Positions 1-12,787 of a DNA stretch of 64,000 bases are shown here, piece by piece. Numbering within the stretch: the first letter of the stretch is position 1; every line of letters begins with the position of its first letter. The notes beneath the pieces are model-generated. The model was not told where the DNA came from and did no database searches. It was given only the letters and a program-made list of their open reading frames with translations. The DNA comes from Camelus dromedarius (Eukaryota), in NCBI RefSeq assembly GCF_036321535.1, contig NC_087437.1, positions 43,278,001 to 43,342,000 on the forward strand. The letters run 5' to 3'. The position numbers and the translations under genes are program-made.

Positions 1-1860
1 ATTTAAGGAGAGTTTGACAATTTCAGAAGGATTGTTTTCTCTCTGTAAGCCCAACATCTCCACAAGTCCCCAGATCTTAACAAATGAATGAATATCATTT
101 TCCCTCCCAAGGATTTAAAGAGACAATAAATTTAGGTTTTTCCAGTAAATGTAGCTGTGTCTGGTGGATAGTTTTTATGTCAAACTATCCTCCTCTCACC
201 ACTTACAAATAAGATACTCTTCTTAAGTACACCCTTCCGGGAGGGGGCAGATTATGATAAATATATACATTGGTATTAAGTATTAAGCAAAATTTAAAGT
301 AGACTTTTAAAAAAGTCCCTAAATTCTGTCATTAGCTATTTTCCATAACTTGAAAATATAGACAAACAAGTTGAGCTGAAATTCTTGATCTTAAAGTGAT
401 TTTTCATTGAAAGAAATCACTTTATTATTACAGTAGAAAAATTGAACTATGTACATTAGTCATCTCTTTTTTTGCAGGAAATGTAAAGCAGCCTCTAAAT
501 TATCACCAGTTTTTTTTGATGAGTTTGTATCATATTAATCCATTGTGAAAGCTGAAACCTCAATCATAATGATGTAGGAGATTGGTTTGATAAAAAATGT
601 CAAAAGCAAAGGAACAAAGCCATACTTCTAAATGATACTTTTAATATTGGCATTAAAAAAATAATACACTGGATGTAATTTTGTTTCAATTGTGGGTAGA
701 AGTCATAAACTATTACATAATAGTAATGTTTTATGTATATATATTCATAATCATAGAATATATGTACACATATAATATTTTAGTCTATATAATAGTTAAA
801 ACCACATTCATCAATATACAGTTTAGCATTTTTCTCTAGAAATTAGTACATTTTTAATACCAATCAAAATTTTCCTGTTTCTCTTATGTATTATTCCTAG
901 ATCCTTGTTGAAAACTACATAATTGGGGTAAAGCATCTTAGAAGAGCAAAATTAAATTTTGCTGATTAAAATCTAGAACTGTAGAAATCACTTCAATGTC
1001 ACCTTGAACTTTGTCACTTTACACTTGGACTTAGCTATATTCTATTTCATGTCTACATGTCAAACTCTTAGAGCCAAAGTGGGGCTAGAAGTACAATAGT
1101 TACACAAAGAGGGTGAAAAATATGTTAGTCTGTCTTCTTTTTCCAACGAGTAAGGATGGTTGGAATGAGCAGATGACCTGGACTTAACTGAAAAATATAA
1201 TTTATGTGACAGTCCCCTAAATGCAACAAAGACAGAAATATAGATGTGTGGACTCTACTACCTAAATATTCATCTGACAGCACTTGAATAGTTAAATGAA
1301 ACTTCTTGCAACTTCTCTAACACAGTGATGTAATTATGTTCACAAATTGGAACGTAAATTATTCAATGTAACTATGATGTATTCAATACAAATCTTCATT
1401 AAAAAATAAGAAATGAAAAAGCAGAGTGTTTTATTCACAATAGCAGTGATATCATTGTCCTTAGTTTATGGTTCAATGTGAGATTCATATGACATCTGTG
1501 ATACTTGTAAAAAGAAATTTTAAGAATCATTATCGTTGTATTATTTCTTTTCATTCTACTGTCACATCAGGAATCAATAAAAAAGCACTAACATTCACAC
1601 CTACTTCTAATTTGTCCAAGTTTTGAAATTTAGTTTATAATTTTAACAAAAGTTTAGGTAGAAAGCAGTGATTATCTATTGCTCTCTTCCACAGTAGCTT
1701 TTTAATATGAGTTGCTTAAGAAACACTTTAACAAAGGCAGCAATTTAAAGAACTATGTTGAAATCATACCCTTTTGTCCCTAAAATGGAAAATATATTCT
1801 CTGCTTCATTATGTTTTTTTTTTTGAGGATAAGAACAATTGCCAACCATTTGTTTTTCAG
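1..1860 (+). other. NLGN1: 3' part of the upstream NLGN1 intron
   Basis: Ends in a pyrimidine tract plus CAG at 1858-1860; no coding similarity seen. Confidence 0.85.
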
Positions 1861-2013
1861 ATATTCGGGACAGTGGGGGTCCCAAACCAGTGATGGTGTA
1901 TATCCATGGTGGCTCATATATGGAAGGGACTGGAAATTTATATGATGGGAGTGTCTTGGCAAGTTATGGCAATGTGATCGTCATCACAGTCAACTATCGA
2001 CTTGGAGTACTTG
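1861..2013 (+). CDS. NLGN1: Internal coding exon of neuroligin-1 (carboxylesterase-like ectodomain, just downstream of splice site A); 153 bp, phase 1-1
   Basis: Acceptor tttgtttttcAG ends at 1860 and donor G|GTAAGA starts at 2014. The translation has the HGGS oxyanion-hole and NYRLG motifs, and [41 protein letters not shown] is the NLGN1-type sequence as I recall it. Confidence 0.95.
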
Positions 2014-5000
2014 GTAAGAAATTTCTCTTGTTTCACCATCAATCCATGAAGTATGTGTTAGTTTTGTTTTGAATTGTTTTGCTTTGCTTTCTTTCACTCA
2101 TTGATCTATGTTTGCTGACTTTGAGCCAAAATTTTTGATATTTTCAATAATTTCTATAAATGTTCATAAATAATTTGATAAAAGTTTTGATTTTAATATT
2201 TAAAAGTAAAAGGTAATGAATTGTTCACAGTGTTGAGGAATGCTTCTCTTAGCTTGGCTATGTAGAACTGCAAAAGGCAACAGTGGCAGGGCCTGTTTTA
2301 AGAAGAATTAGTCCCTGGGCAGATTCTCCTCTCTTCTGCTTTTCTTTTTTATGGTGCTATAAAGTTGCCTGAGGTTTGCCATGAATGTAGAAACAAGTGT
2401 ATATCCTCTTCAGGAATATGTGTATTGACTAGCTTTGGGGAATGATTGTTTGCCATTGCTGTGTAGGTTTGTTTCTTTTTTTTAATTTATCAATTGTAAT
2501 TAGAAATATTTTGTTTAAATGCATTTTGATTGAATTATTTGGTTTGGAAAACATGCATTGATTTCATAAAGTGTCAAAGAGTTCAGTTTGATAATGTATA
2601 CACACATAAAACAAAATCAAACTGGAGATCTTTAGCTTTGAAGAGAAGTATAGAGAAATATTATTTAAAATACATTATCAAGTATTCTGAAATAGGTATA
2701 TTGTTTTCTGTAATAATCAATTTTTAAAAGATAAACTTGCCTTTCTACTTGTATAAGTTTACTTTTTATAATATTTTCACAATTTAGAGAGTGAAATAAC
2801 TATATAATTTAATCAAACACCAATATCTGTGGCATTTTAGTTAAACGTATTTGCTTAGAGTACAATTTATCACAAAATGCTATTTTTAAATCTTAATTGA
2901 TCTCAAACTCTTATCCCTTATTATACATTTAAAAAGTAATAATTTATTATGCTGTTTGGGCACAAAGAGACAGCTGACTTGTTCTTTACTCTGAAATATT
3001 TTGAAAAGGGAATTCAAAGTATATTATCCTTTATAATAATTGTTAATATCTTTTATTTTACCTATTGAGAATCGGTTTATTTCTTCTCAGTATTAGTTAT
3101 TATTGTTCTAATTTGTTCTATGGAATCATAATCCTGTGTTTATACCAGTCTCAAAATATAAAAGGTAATAATTTCATTAATCAAGTTTGTGTGTCTTGGG
3201 GAAGGAGGTATGTTAGCCGTGCAAAGTGAAATCCTGATCTTTTTCTAGTTTGCTCGTTTAAATTTGTAGTATGGTGGACAATACAATAGATGCATTCTCT
3301 CAATACAGGTATAAAACATTTCTGTAGCATTATTCAAGTACACATTAGTTTCCCCATCATGTCTAATCATACATTGCTTCAGATGTTCTTATAATTTCAG
3401 TGGGTAGAGATGAATGCCTTCCTACTAATGAATATTCTCTGTGTTGGAAGACGTATAGAGAGATGTTCATAATAATCTTCTTAAATTAATCTTCTTAAAT
3501 AATGTAGTGTTGTCATTTGTTTCTTAGGCAAGATTTTAATATGAAGACCTTCACTATCTTTAATGCATTTAACTTTAATTATAGCATTTATAGCTATAGC
3601 TAAGTTGTTTTTAATGATTATTATTCTCCTATCTTTCTAAATTTCTCAAATGGAAAATCCTGTGACTAGTTTGCCGATTGTAAATTGAAAATTAAATGCC
3701 AAATTGTGGTAACAGTGTTTCATCCATTTACTCATATAAATTTGTTTTATTTAAAAAAATCTTTTGGCCACATGTTATGCTGCCTAACTCTGTTCTCGGT
3801 TGTACTCACATTAAGTAAGATCTCATAAAATGAACTGTGTTGTTATGTTAGTATAAGGTTTGCGCATTAAAAAAACAAAATGTATTCAGAACTGATGGGA
3901 ACCTGACTCTGATCCAGTTTGAATCCTATTCAAGCTTATATCCTGTCTTTAAATGCCACACTTTAAATGACTGACTTACAGGACAAATGATCAACCAGTT
4001 AAAAAATGAAGAACTCAATCAGTGACTTGGTCTCTATAATGGCAGGCAGTGTTGGTGCTGATGATGGATGCATTTTCCAACGTTAAATATTTTTTTCTGG
4101 TTCTCCTGCAGTTTAGGATTTGACCTTTAGTTGGTTCCTTTGTTCCTCTTAAACGCTGCTAAATATCAACTGTCCTTTATAGACCTCCTCTCAACTAGAA
4201 AAAGTATAAAACTTTGTTCATGAAATGTTTTTAGGTGTGTTTTGGGACCTTAGTTCTAGAAAAGATGTATTTTGGTGACTTGTGAAACATGTGTTGGACC
4301 TTGTGACAACGTATTTAAATGAATTAATTCATGAAAAATTAAATTATTAGAACATATGTTTCAGCTCACTTGTCATGTGTGATATACCACAACCAGATCC
4401 ACAGCTCATCTACCAGGAGAACTACAACATTAAAGACCGTAGGGTTTTCGTTGTTAATAATTTGTCTAACAATAACAAGGTAAGCCAAGGTTCTCGGGTA
4501 TGAGATCCAAAAGTATTGCTCTTTAGGTGGCACTTGGAAGAATTTTGAACATTAAGTAGAAAACAGTATTTGATCCCATGCTAGAGGAAATCCTGAGCTG
4601 TGTTTTGGTCTGGATGTTTTGGCGTTAAGAAAATGAACTTTGGGGTCCAGTATACAAATTTGCTAATTATAAGACTCTTGCCCTCGAATGACTGACAGGA
4701 AAAATCAGGATGTCTGAAACAGGTAATGTAATTAGTGTTGATTTGAATTTGTCATCTGGGAAGAAAAATATTACAAACTTTTTGGTTTGTCTGTTTTAGC
4801 AATAACTAAAAACATGATAATGTTTTTGTCAAAAAACTCATACAGCTATTGAGTAGCCAAGGTTCCAGTTTAAAGTAGTTCATGTTAAAAAAAATATTTT
4901 GTTCATTACAAAGTAGAAGTAGCATAGAAGAAAAAAGCACCTCCTATGGAAGCAATGTTCTGAAGAAGCTGGGAATAGGTTGGAGTTGTTTTCTCAACCA

Positions 5001-6914
5001 AGACCCTTTTGTGGTTTCCTGTGAAGTGGTAACGTAGACTATCACTATCATTGCGTTGAAGTGGCTATTGATGGTGATAAGGAAAACTGCAATAAGGTCA
5101 GGAAAAAAATAAAGGCAAGGGGATACAGGACTCTGCCTGCTAACCTCACTCCCCAGTTTCATCTTAGAGTTCTCTGTAACTGCATCTCAGTCAGCCTTAC
5201 ACTTCTTTTGGTAAACATTTAGGCTTCCTTTCACTTTTGGTTATATACATTCCTTGTCCTCAGCCAGGTTTAACTCTTCATCCTTTGTTATCTAATAGAC
5301 TGTTAAATAGTCCTTTAAAATATATTTTAAATAATTATTAACAGAGTTATTTTTCATATTCTAGCATAGTTAAAATAAAAATAAAAATAAAAAATTATTG
5401 ATGGAAACAGTGAGAAATGCTTTGATTATGTGTTCTTAAAAGAGGAAAATAGTATTAAATGTTATGATTGTAAATAGGATAAGCGTGTATACTTACGGAC
5501 AGGAATTGAAAGGGAATATGAAATAAATTGCTTCCTCTTAAGATGAGATATTATGCAATTAATATTTTTGAAAATTGAACTATCCAAATATGTTTTTAAA
5601 TCTTAAACATGAAAAAAATTTGGTGTTAAAAATGTGTTTCAGCCATCTCTTTAAATTTAAAATAAATTTATGATTTTTTGTTTTTTAGAGAAAAAGAAAA
5701 AATATCTCTGTGGAGATCTAACTTAGGGAAACATAAGATTTTTATCTGATAGAAATTTAATAAGCATTTTTATTTTGATATGGATATTTTAGAGGTAATT
5801 ATGCATTCATAATTCAAGTACATGTGATTTATTTTAGAAAAAATTATTTTAAAGATTTCAGAGCTACTGATATCTCTAGATATTTGGCAACTTTTTAGTG
5901 AAGGGTCTAGTTAAATATTTTACTTAGTAACCTAAAGTCTCTACCCCATCCATGGGAAAAAATAATTGAAGTGCTGGTCCATCTACTAGTTGCATTTGAA
6001 GAATTATGTTTAGTTAACTTTATAATGCCATGTAAGGCTAAACTTGATCCACTTCCTTTAACATTACTGCATATCAATTTTAAGGAACACCTAAATTTAT
6101 ATTTCCTCTGTTAGAAATGGTTATTGAGACTTGTTAATTCTTACAACTAAATATGTGTGCAATAATGATGCTTCAGGCATCATCAGACAAATGACAGAAA
6201 TAAATATAACTTCTGTGTGGTTAGTCATCAAATATATAACATTTATTTCCAGCAATATACATCTTCTATGAGGGATAGAAAGTAAGAACCATATAGTCTG
6301 TATCTTTAAAGAGTTTTCAGTCTAATTGAGGGTGAAAATAAATACTCTGAAAGAGAATAGTAATTGATATTCTACTTCATGTTTTATAATAATTTGTATT
6401 TATAATTGATTTGTGTGTACATGGTCACTTGATATATAAAAAGAAGAATCAGAACAATGCAGAAAGAAAGGAAGCATGGACTATCAGAGGGACTGATATG
6501 AATTCAATGATCAAGATTCATATTGGAGTCTAGGCAACCTAGCATCAAGGAGATTTGGCAAAGTCTAGGTAATGGTCATGATTCAAAAAAGAAAGCATAT
6601 TCATTTCTCAAGTGGCACAATGTTTTGTCATAATTTTTTCTTGTTTTTGCATTGTTTTTATTTCTGTTTGGCTCTAATTCTTAAACAAACTCTAAACATG
6701 ACCTAATATCTGAAAGTAATATATAATCAAATATTAAATATTATAAGATGATAATATCCTACTATGCATCCAAAAGTGTTCTTGGGTAGTCAAAGAGAGA
6801 GACAGTTTGTCCTAGGAGAGTCAAAGATGTCGTCATGGAATTGGTAATATTTGAGCAAAACCATGAAGAATGGATTATCTCTGGGATTAACTGAAGAGAA
6901 GAGGGAAGGACATT

Positions 6915-7620
6915 CTTTTTATTTTTATTTATTCATACTCTTGCTGCTTCAAAAAAGTGCAGGTAATTTGTGACAAATACATATATAAGGTTGCAAAATT
7001 CGTATTGAATATGAATCCCTATACTATAGAGAAAAGATGCAGAAACGAAGGTTATGAATATATTAACTGCAGTTGAACATAAATGTATACCTCAATTTCC
7101 CAGAAGCAAAGTAAAAGGGATAATGTATTGAATTTCATGATTGTTATTATCAAATAAGGAAAACATATATTTCAGAAAAGAATACACAAGGTTTTTTCTC
7201 ATCCTATATTATAAAGAAATTTATCATGAATTGTTTTTATTTGGAAGACTAAACAATATAGAAATAGTGTGATGATCTTTATAGTTGCCAAAGTATTCTC
7301 AGTGTACAATTATATATTAACCCTCTGAAAAGCCAAGAACATAATAATAAATGCCCACAACTTCTACAGTGTCATTTCAGCAAAGAGCTAACCAAATGCA
7401 ATTCAAGTAAGATATTTGGTGATTTCACTTACAATAGGATAGAGCTAAAAATCAATTTAATGCAATGGATGGTTAACTTGGTCCATAGATTTCTTCTCTC
7501 AAATACCAGTTGTGTCAGCTGAGTTTTAATAAGGGCCAGGTGGTAATCAATTTTAGACTGAGTGCTAAAATGAGCTCCCGGAGTGGAGATACTGTTTGTC
7601 CTTTGGGAAAAAGAAACTTT
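6915..7620. mobile_element. Ancient degenerate interspersed repeat, possibly L4/RTE-X type
   Basis: Starts with a tttattattcatactcttgctgcttcaaaaaag...caaatacatat motif. Similar motifs recur near 7655, 20785 and 27080. Confidence 0.3.
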
Positions 7621-7834
7621 AGATAGATAATGATACAGTGCAAAGTGGACTGTTCATTATTTTTATTCTACCTGCTCCCTCCAAAATGCTTTCAGGTGGC
7701 TTGCAATAAGAGCAATATTTAGTTATGCCAAAAACTTAGGAAGCCTGAAAGTAAGCATGTCAGTTAGTGTGGGTGTTAGTTAAGAGAAGTTTGTTTCAAA
7801 AAAATGTGTTTTAGATACAGTCATGTAGTGTCAT

Positions 7835-8141
7835 TCATTAATTCATTCGTTTAGCCATTCATTCATTCTATACAAATTGAGCAGTATCAGACATTCGGCT
7901 AGCTGTTGAGTGTAGGTGTGATCCTGCTGTCCAGTAGGTTACTAACTGTTAGGGACAATAGGAAACAAATGAATAATTATGGAAGTGATATCCTTTACAT
8001 AGATAATGATTTAGTGCCAAGTTGAGTTTCTTTACAGTTACCTCTATGATAAGTGCTAGAGAAATGACAAATGCAATGAGGAGGAAGCTAATCTGTTCTA
8101 GACACTCAGAAGAGGTTTCCCAGAGGAGGTGACATTCAAGT
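7835..8141 (-). mobile_element. L2 LINE 3' end (outer element, part 1)
   Basis: ttcattcattc tail followed by gaagaggtttcccagaggaggtgacatt, typical antisense L2. Confidence 0.65.
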
Positions 8142-9800
8142 TTCCATTTCTTACACCTTACTGAGAAAGGCCTTGTCAAGATTCCCAAAGGCTTCAAGAC
8201 TGTCGATTCCATTGGTCACTTCTCTGTTCTTACCTTACTTCATCTCTCCACAGCACCAGACACAGTTAACTAGTCCCTTTTTGGCATGCTTGTTTCTTGG
8301 CATCAGCCCGGAATTTCCTCCTACCTCACTATCTGCTCCTTCTCTGCCTCCTTTGCTAGCTCCTCCTCTCTTATCCTGATAACTAAATGTCAAACTGCTA
8401 TTAAGCAGCATTTTGGCTCCCTTCCCTTCTCTCTACAATATCTCCCTAGGGGATTTTATGCATGGCTCTAAATACCATCTGTATAGAAGTGACTTCCAAA
8501 TTGTATCTTCGTGACTGACTATTCCTCAGAACATCAAACTCGTGTGTACTTCTGCTACCAACACCTCCATGTGGATGACTAATGACTAGCTCGAACTTAA
8601 TGGCTAATACATGTTGATTTTCTGAGGTCTGCGTATTTCACTGTTCTCCGCATCTAGGTTATACTAATAATTGCCACAATAGTGATAATAATAATAATAA
8701 CCACATTCATTGAAGATTACAGTCCAAAAGCTGTTTTAAGCAGTTTACATAGGTCTTTTTTTTTTTTTTTTTTTTTTTTTTTGGCTACTTGTTGGGGAAT
8801 CCAAGGCTTACATTACTAAATCCCATGATAACCTTATGAGGTAGGGTTGTTACTTCCCCAGTTTTATAAAAACAGAAATAAATGAGTAGAAGGCTAAGTA
8901 ACTTATTCACAGTCACCCAGGGCAAACAGTGCTAAGTGGCAGAGGTGGGATCCTAACCCGGACAGTCTTCTCTTTAATACAACACTTTTCCTGTGGCATT
9001 GGCACTGTCATCCATCTGGATGATCAAGTAAAATCTCTATAAAGTTTCCCCCTGATGTGTCTTTCCTTGATACTGAACATCCAGTTCATCAGCTTCTCCT
9101 GCTGAATTGCTCCAGCATCCATCCTGGATCTATCTCCTTTTCATTTCCCCCTTTGCCAAACTAAGCCAAGTTTCCTTGAATCTCTTACGTTATTTCTCTC
9201 TCTCACTTTTGCTCCTTACCTATCATCCAGTCTCCATACAGCAAAATCAATTATTTTTTTAAAACACAAATTTTACCAGCTGACTTTCTACTTAATACCT
9301 GACACTGGCTTCCCCGTTGTTCACTGAGAATAAAAATCAGACTCCTTCCCTGCCCTGCCTGCCACAGCCCTGCATGATTAGGTATCTGTATTTCTTAGTA
9401 CCTGTACCTCTTTCTAGTACCTGTGTGCCTCAGTTCATCGCAAAATGCTCTTCCTTTCTGCTCCAGCCATTTTTGCTCATGATATATACCAAACTCATTT
9501 CCACTTTAGGGATTTTATAATTGCTGTTCCTTCTGCCCTTGATCTTTGTGGGGCCAGTCCCTGATTCTTCTGATTTGGTTTAAATATCTTCTCAGAGAGA
9601 CTCCCCATGTTCATCCACTCTAAGAAGAGCCACCATGTTACAAGGCATCTACTTTTAAAAATTCTCTGCATTACATTGTTCATACCCAATCATTTCCTAT
9701 TTACATTTGGATTTTTTGTATTATTATTGTCTGGCTCTCTGAAACTTAACATAGTCCCTAGCACATGGTATTTGCTCAGAAAATATTTATTAAATAAATT
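8142..9800 (+). mobile_element. L2 LINE (RT remnant to 3' end), interrupted by a MIR
   Basis: 8160-8273 translates TEKGLVKIPKGFKTVDSIGHFSVLTLLHLSTAPDTVN*, like the L2 RT motif TETAL...GQFSVLILLDLSAAFDTVDH. Ends with the L2 tail cctagcacatggtatttgctcagaaatatttattaaataaat. Confidence 0.75.
8685..8985 (-). mobile_element. MIR SINE
   Basis: aataataataa...ccttatgaggtagg...cccagttttataaa...aggctaagtaactt...gtcacccag...aagtggcagaggtgggatcctaaccc. Confidence 0.75.
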
Positions 9801-9804
9801 TAAA

Positions 9805-10100
9805 GTGGTTCTGAATAGTCAATAGGTATTGCTCTGATGGGGAGGAGGAGGTCGAGTTTGAGGCAGACAGAAAAGTCTGGGTGAAAGCCAGAGGAAGAGA
9901 GAAGCTTGGCATGATAAAAGACATCAGCAAATCCAGCTGCAATGCTCTGAGTAAGGGGTGAGTAGTGTCGCGGAAAGCGGGAAACAGCCAGCAGGCCACG
10001 CGGCACCTCATTAAAGATTTAGGACTTCTAGGAACAAAGAGAAACAATGATAGGGCCTTGAACAGATAAGTGACATAATTCCATTTGCGTTTTAAAAAGT
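9805..10100 (-). mobile_element. L2 LINE (outer element, part 2)
   Basis: Appears to continue the L2 consensus from 8141 and ends gaacagataagtgacataattccatttgcgttttaaaaag. Confidence 0.55.
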
Positions 10101-10799
10101 GTGTTGAGTAGGCCTAGGCCTTGATCAAAGTTGACATTCTGCTGTGGATACAAAGGAATCATGGCTCGTGCCTCATTCAGGTGAGATGCTTGGTAACATC
10201 AGGGAATGAGACAGATACTTTGCTAGTAGAAGATTGGGGGATACTCTAACCATTGCCTGACTCAGGTGAGTGTGGGAATCTGTCTTCTATATGAAGAGCA
10301 ACACAGGGATTTTGCCAATTTCCCCTTCCTTTTTGAAAATGGAAGGAATTAAGCCAGCATTATGGAGAGCGCTGTTGAATTCTTGCATTGAGGAGTGTAG
10401 ATCAACATGATCAGTATTATTCCAGAGACTGACCAACATAAGAAATTGTAATAAATGACTGTACTATGATGTGTCCTTATTTGAGTTTCTGTGTTACTAA
10501 TATAACCTCATGTAAGTTCTGAGTTGTCCTAAAGAAAAAAAAAGATAGTAATTTTTTTAATTAATTCTGGGAGGAACTTGGGAGAATATGGTTTATGATT
10601 TCATTAAGATCAGTGATGTTTGGAATAAGACCTCAGAACATGGAAGAAAAATCTTCCTCATTTCTAGTCAAACTGTTTTTCTGGGGCCAGAACTGAATGA
10701 CTATTTTCAGACTCTCAAAGGACTGCAACTAACTGGTCCATAAACAAAAAGATATTTCATTTCCTTTTCAGAGCAGAGGCCATCATCTTAACTCAGTAA

Positions 10800-10960
10800 T
10801 TCACTTATTCATTCATTAATTCCACAAATATTTGATAAGTGCCCATATAGGTTCCTGGTAGTTGGAGGGGTCTGTGTTCACAATGTTTAAAAAAATCAGA
10901 CTCAGTTCTTCCTTTCTGGACCTGACAGTGGGTAGGAAGATTGGCATTAAATAAATAAAT
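10800..10960 (-). mobile_element. L2 3' fragment
   Basis: attcattcattaattccacaaatatttgataagtgcc...taggttcctgg. Confidence 0.55.
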
Positions 10961-11300
10961 GAAACTACTAGCACAAATTTTGATAAGTTGTATTTCCAAA
11001 GAGTACAAGATATTAAGAAAAAGAATATTTGTGGTGACATGTAGACTAACGATTTCAGCAAAGGCCTCTATATACCTCTCATGCTAATGCACTTGTAGTT
11101 TTTGGTTTTCCCCATGCATTTACTAAGTTAAATATTAAAAAGACATTAAATATTTTGAAATAATTTTAAAAGTTGTAAGATAATTAAAAGCAAAATAAGT
11201 CATTTAAACAAGCAGCTGGGGTAAAAATACAAAAATCCAAACAAACAAACAGACCACCCACAATCAACCAGGCGAAATTCTCCATCAGAATTAAATGAGC

Positions 11301-11429
11301 TGGTGGGGAGGGTATAGCTCAGTGTAGAGTGCATGCCTCAGGGTTCAATCCTCAGTATCTCCATTAAGTCAATCAATCAATCAATCAATCAATCTAAATA
11401 CCTCCCCCACCACCCAGCCCCCCAAAAAA
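11301..11429 (+). mobile_element. tRNA-Ala-derived SINE (camelid vic-1-like) with an internal deletion
   Basis: ggggagggtatagctcagtg (A box), gggttcaatcc (B box), (TCAA)n, C-rich segment and A tail. Perfect 14-bp target-site duplication (TSD) AGAATTAAATGAGC at 11287-11300 and 11430-11443. Confidence 0.9.
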
Positions 11430-11984
11430 AGAATTAAATGAGCAAAACTGGTTTGTGAAATATAAATACATAAGGAAAGAACCCCAGGAGAGGGACTAGC
11501 TCTTAGCCCTTGGATGTATAGATTGTGAGCACAACAGTAGTACTTTTCAGACACAGCTGAAGGTCCTCCCGCACCTGCCCTCTGTCCCTGAGACAGCCTA
11601 TGCAAATGTAGTAAGTTAGTCCCATTACTGATTTTTTTAATGGAGAAGCGAGTCTCCTCTTCAACCAGTGTCAGTTTCTCGTCTTTGTTCCAAACAAACA
11701 ATGAGGGCTTAGATTTTGCTTTTAGGTTTGGTTTGCTTTCAAATGATCCTTTCCTCCCTCTGACGAATCCCCAATAAGAGACTGAGGCAAGACTCCCCCC
11801 ACCTTCCCGTGACCTGGTGCCACGACCCTCGGTATCCTCCCCCACTTTCACTGCGTCTCCGTAAGCACATTCTGTCATTTCATTTCACCTGCCAGGATGT
11901 CTCATAAGGGCTTTTTTTTTTTTTTCTTTCTAAAGTCTTTCCTTGAACTACTTACTCCATAAGCATTTAAATTCTTCTCCTTTT

Positions 11985-12460
11985 TCTTGGTTTTTCTATA
12001 TTTTTAATTTTATTTTTCATTGAAGTGTAGTTGATTTACCATGTTAGTTTTAGATGTACAGCAAAGCAATTCAGTTATACATATACATATAAATATATAT
12101 ATTTTCAGATATTTTTCCATTATATGTTGTTACAGGAAATTCAGTATAGTTCCCTGTGCTATACAGTAGGTCCTTGTCATTGATCTATTTTACATATAGT
12201 TATGTTTATCTGTTAATCCCAAGCTCCTGATTTATCCCTTTCTCACCCTTTCCACTTTGGTAATCATGGTTTATTTTCTATGTCTGAATCTATTTTGCAT
12301 TTGTAAATAAAATGTCATTTTTTTAGATTCCACATATAAGTGATCATATGATATTTGTCTTTCTCTCTGACTTACTTCACTTAATGTAATCATCTCTAGG
12401 TTCATCTGTGTTGCTGCAAATGACATTATTTCACTCTTTTTTATGGCTGAGTAATGTTCC

Positions 12461-12513
<53 letters not shown>

Positions 12514-12787
12514 TGCATCTTTATTCATTCATCTATCGATGAACATTTAGGTTGTTTCCATGTCTTGGCTATTGTAAATAGTGCTGCTATGATCATTGGG
12601 GTGCATGTTATTTTTCAAATTATAGTTTTCTCCAAATATATGCCCAGGAGTGAGATTGCTGGATTATATAGTAAGTCTATTTTTAGTTTTTTAAGGAACC
12701 TCCATACTGACCTCCATAGTGGCTGCGCCAATTTCCATTCCCTCCAACAGTGAGGGTTCCTTTTTCTCCACACCCTCTCCAGCATTT
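11985..12787 (-). mobile_element. 5'-truncated L1 (ORF2 C-terminal remnant plus 3' UTR)
   Basis: Minus-strand peptides resemble L1 ORF2 ([57 protein letters not shown]). The T-rich tail and attgaagtgtagttgattta 3' end are at the left. Confidence 0.92.
12463..12510. repeat. (TG)24 microsatellite inside the L1
   Basis: Direct read. Confidence 0.95.

Noticed and set aside
1..1860. NLGN1 splice-site A insert exons (A1/A2)
   Set aside because: No VKRISKECARK- or GPLTKK-like coding sequence was seen; they presumably lie upstream of the window.
1839..2072. 77-aa ORF as a standalone gene
   Set aside because: The TTG start and the tail after LGVLG are intronic read-through; only 1861-2013 is exon.
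11381..11878. Longest ORF (165 aa, minus strand)
   Set aside because: No recognisable domain, and it ends inside a SINE tail; consistent with chance.
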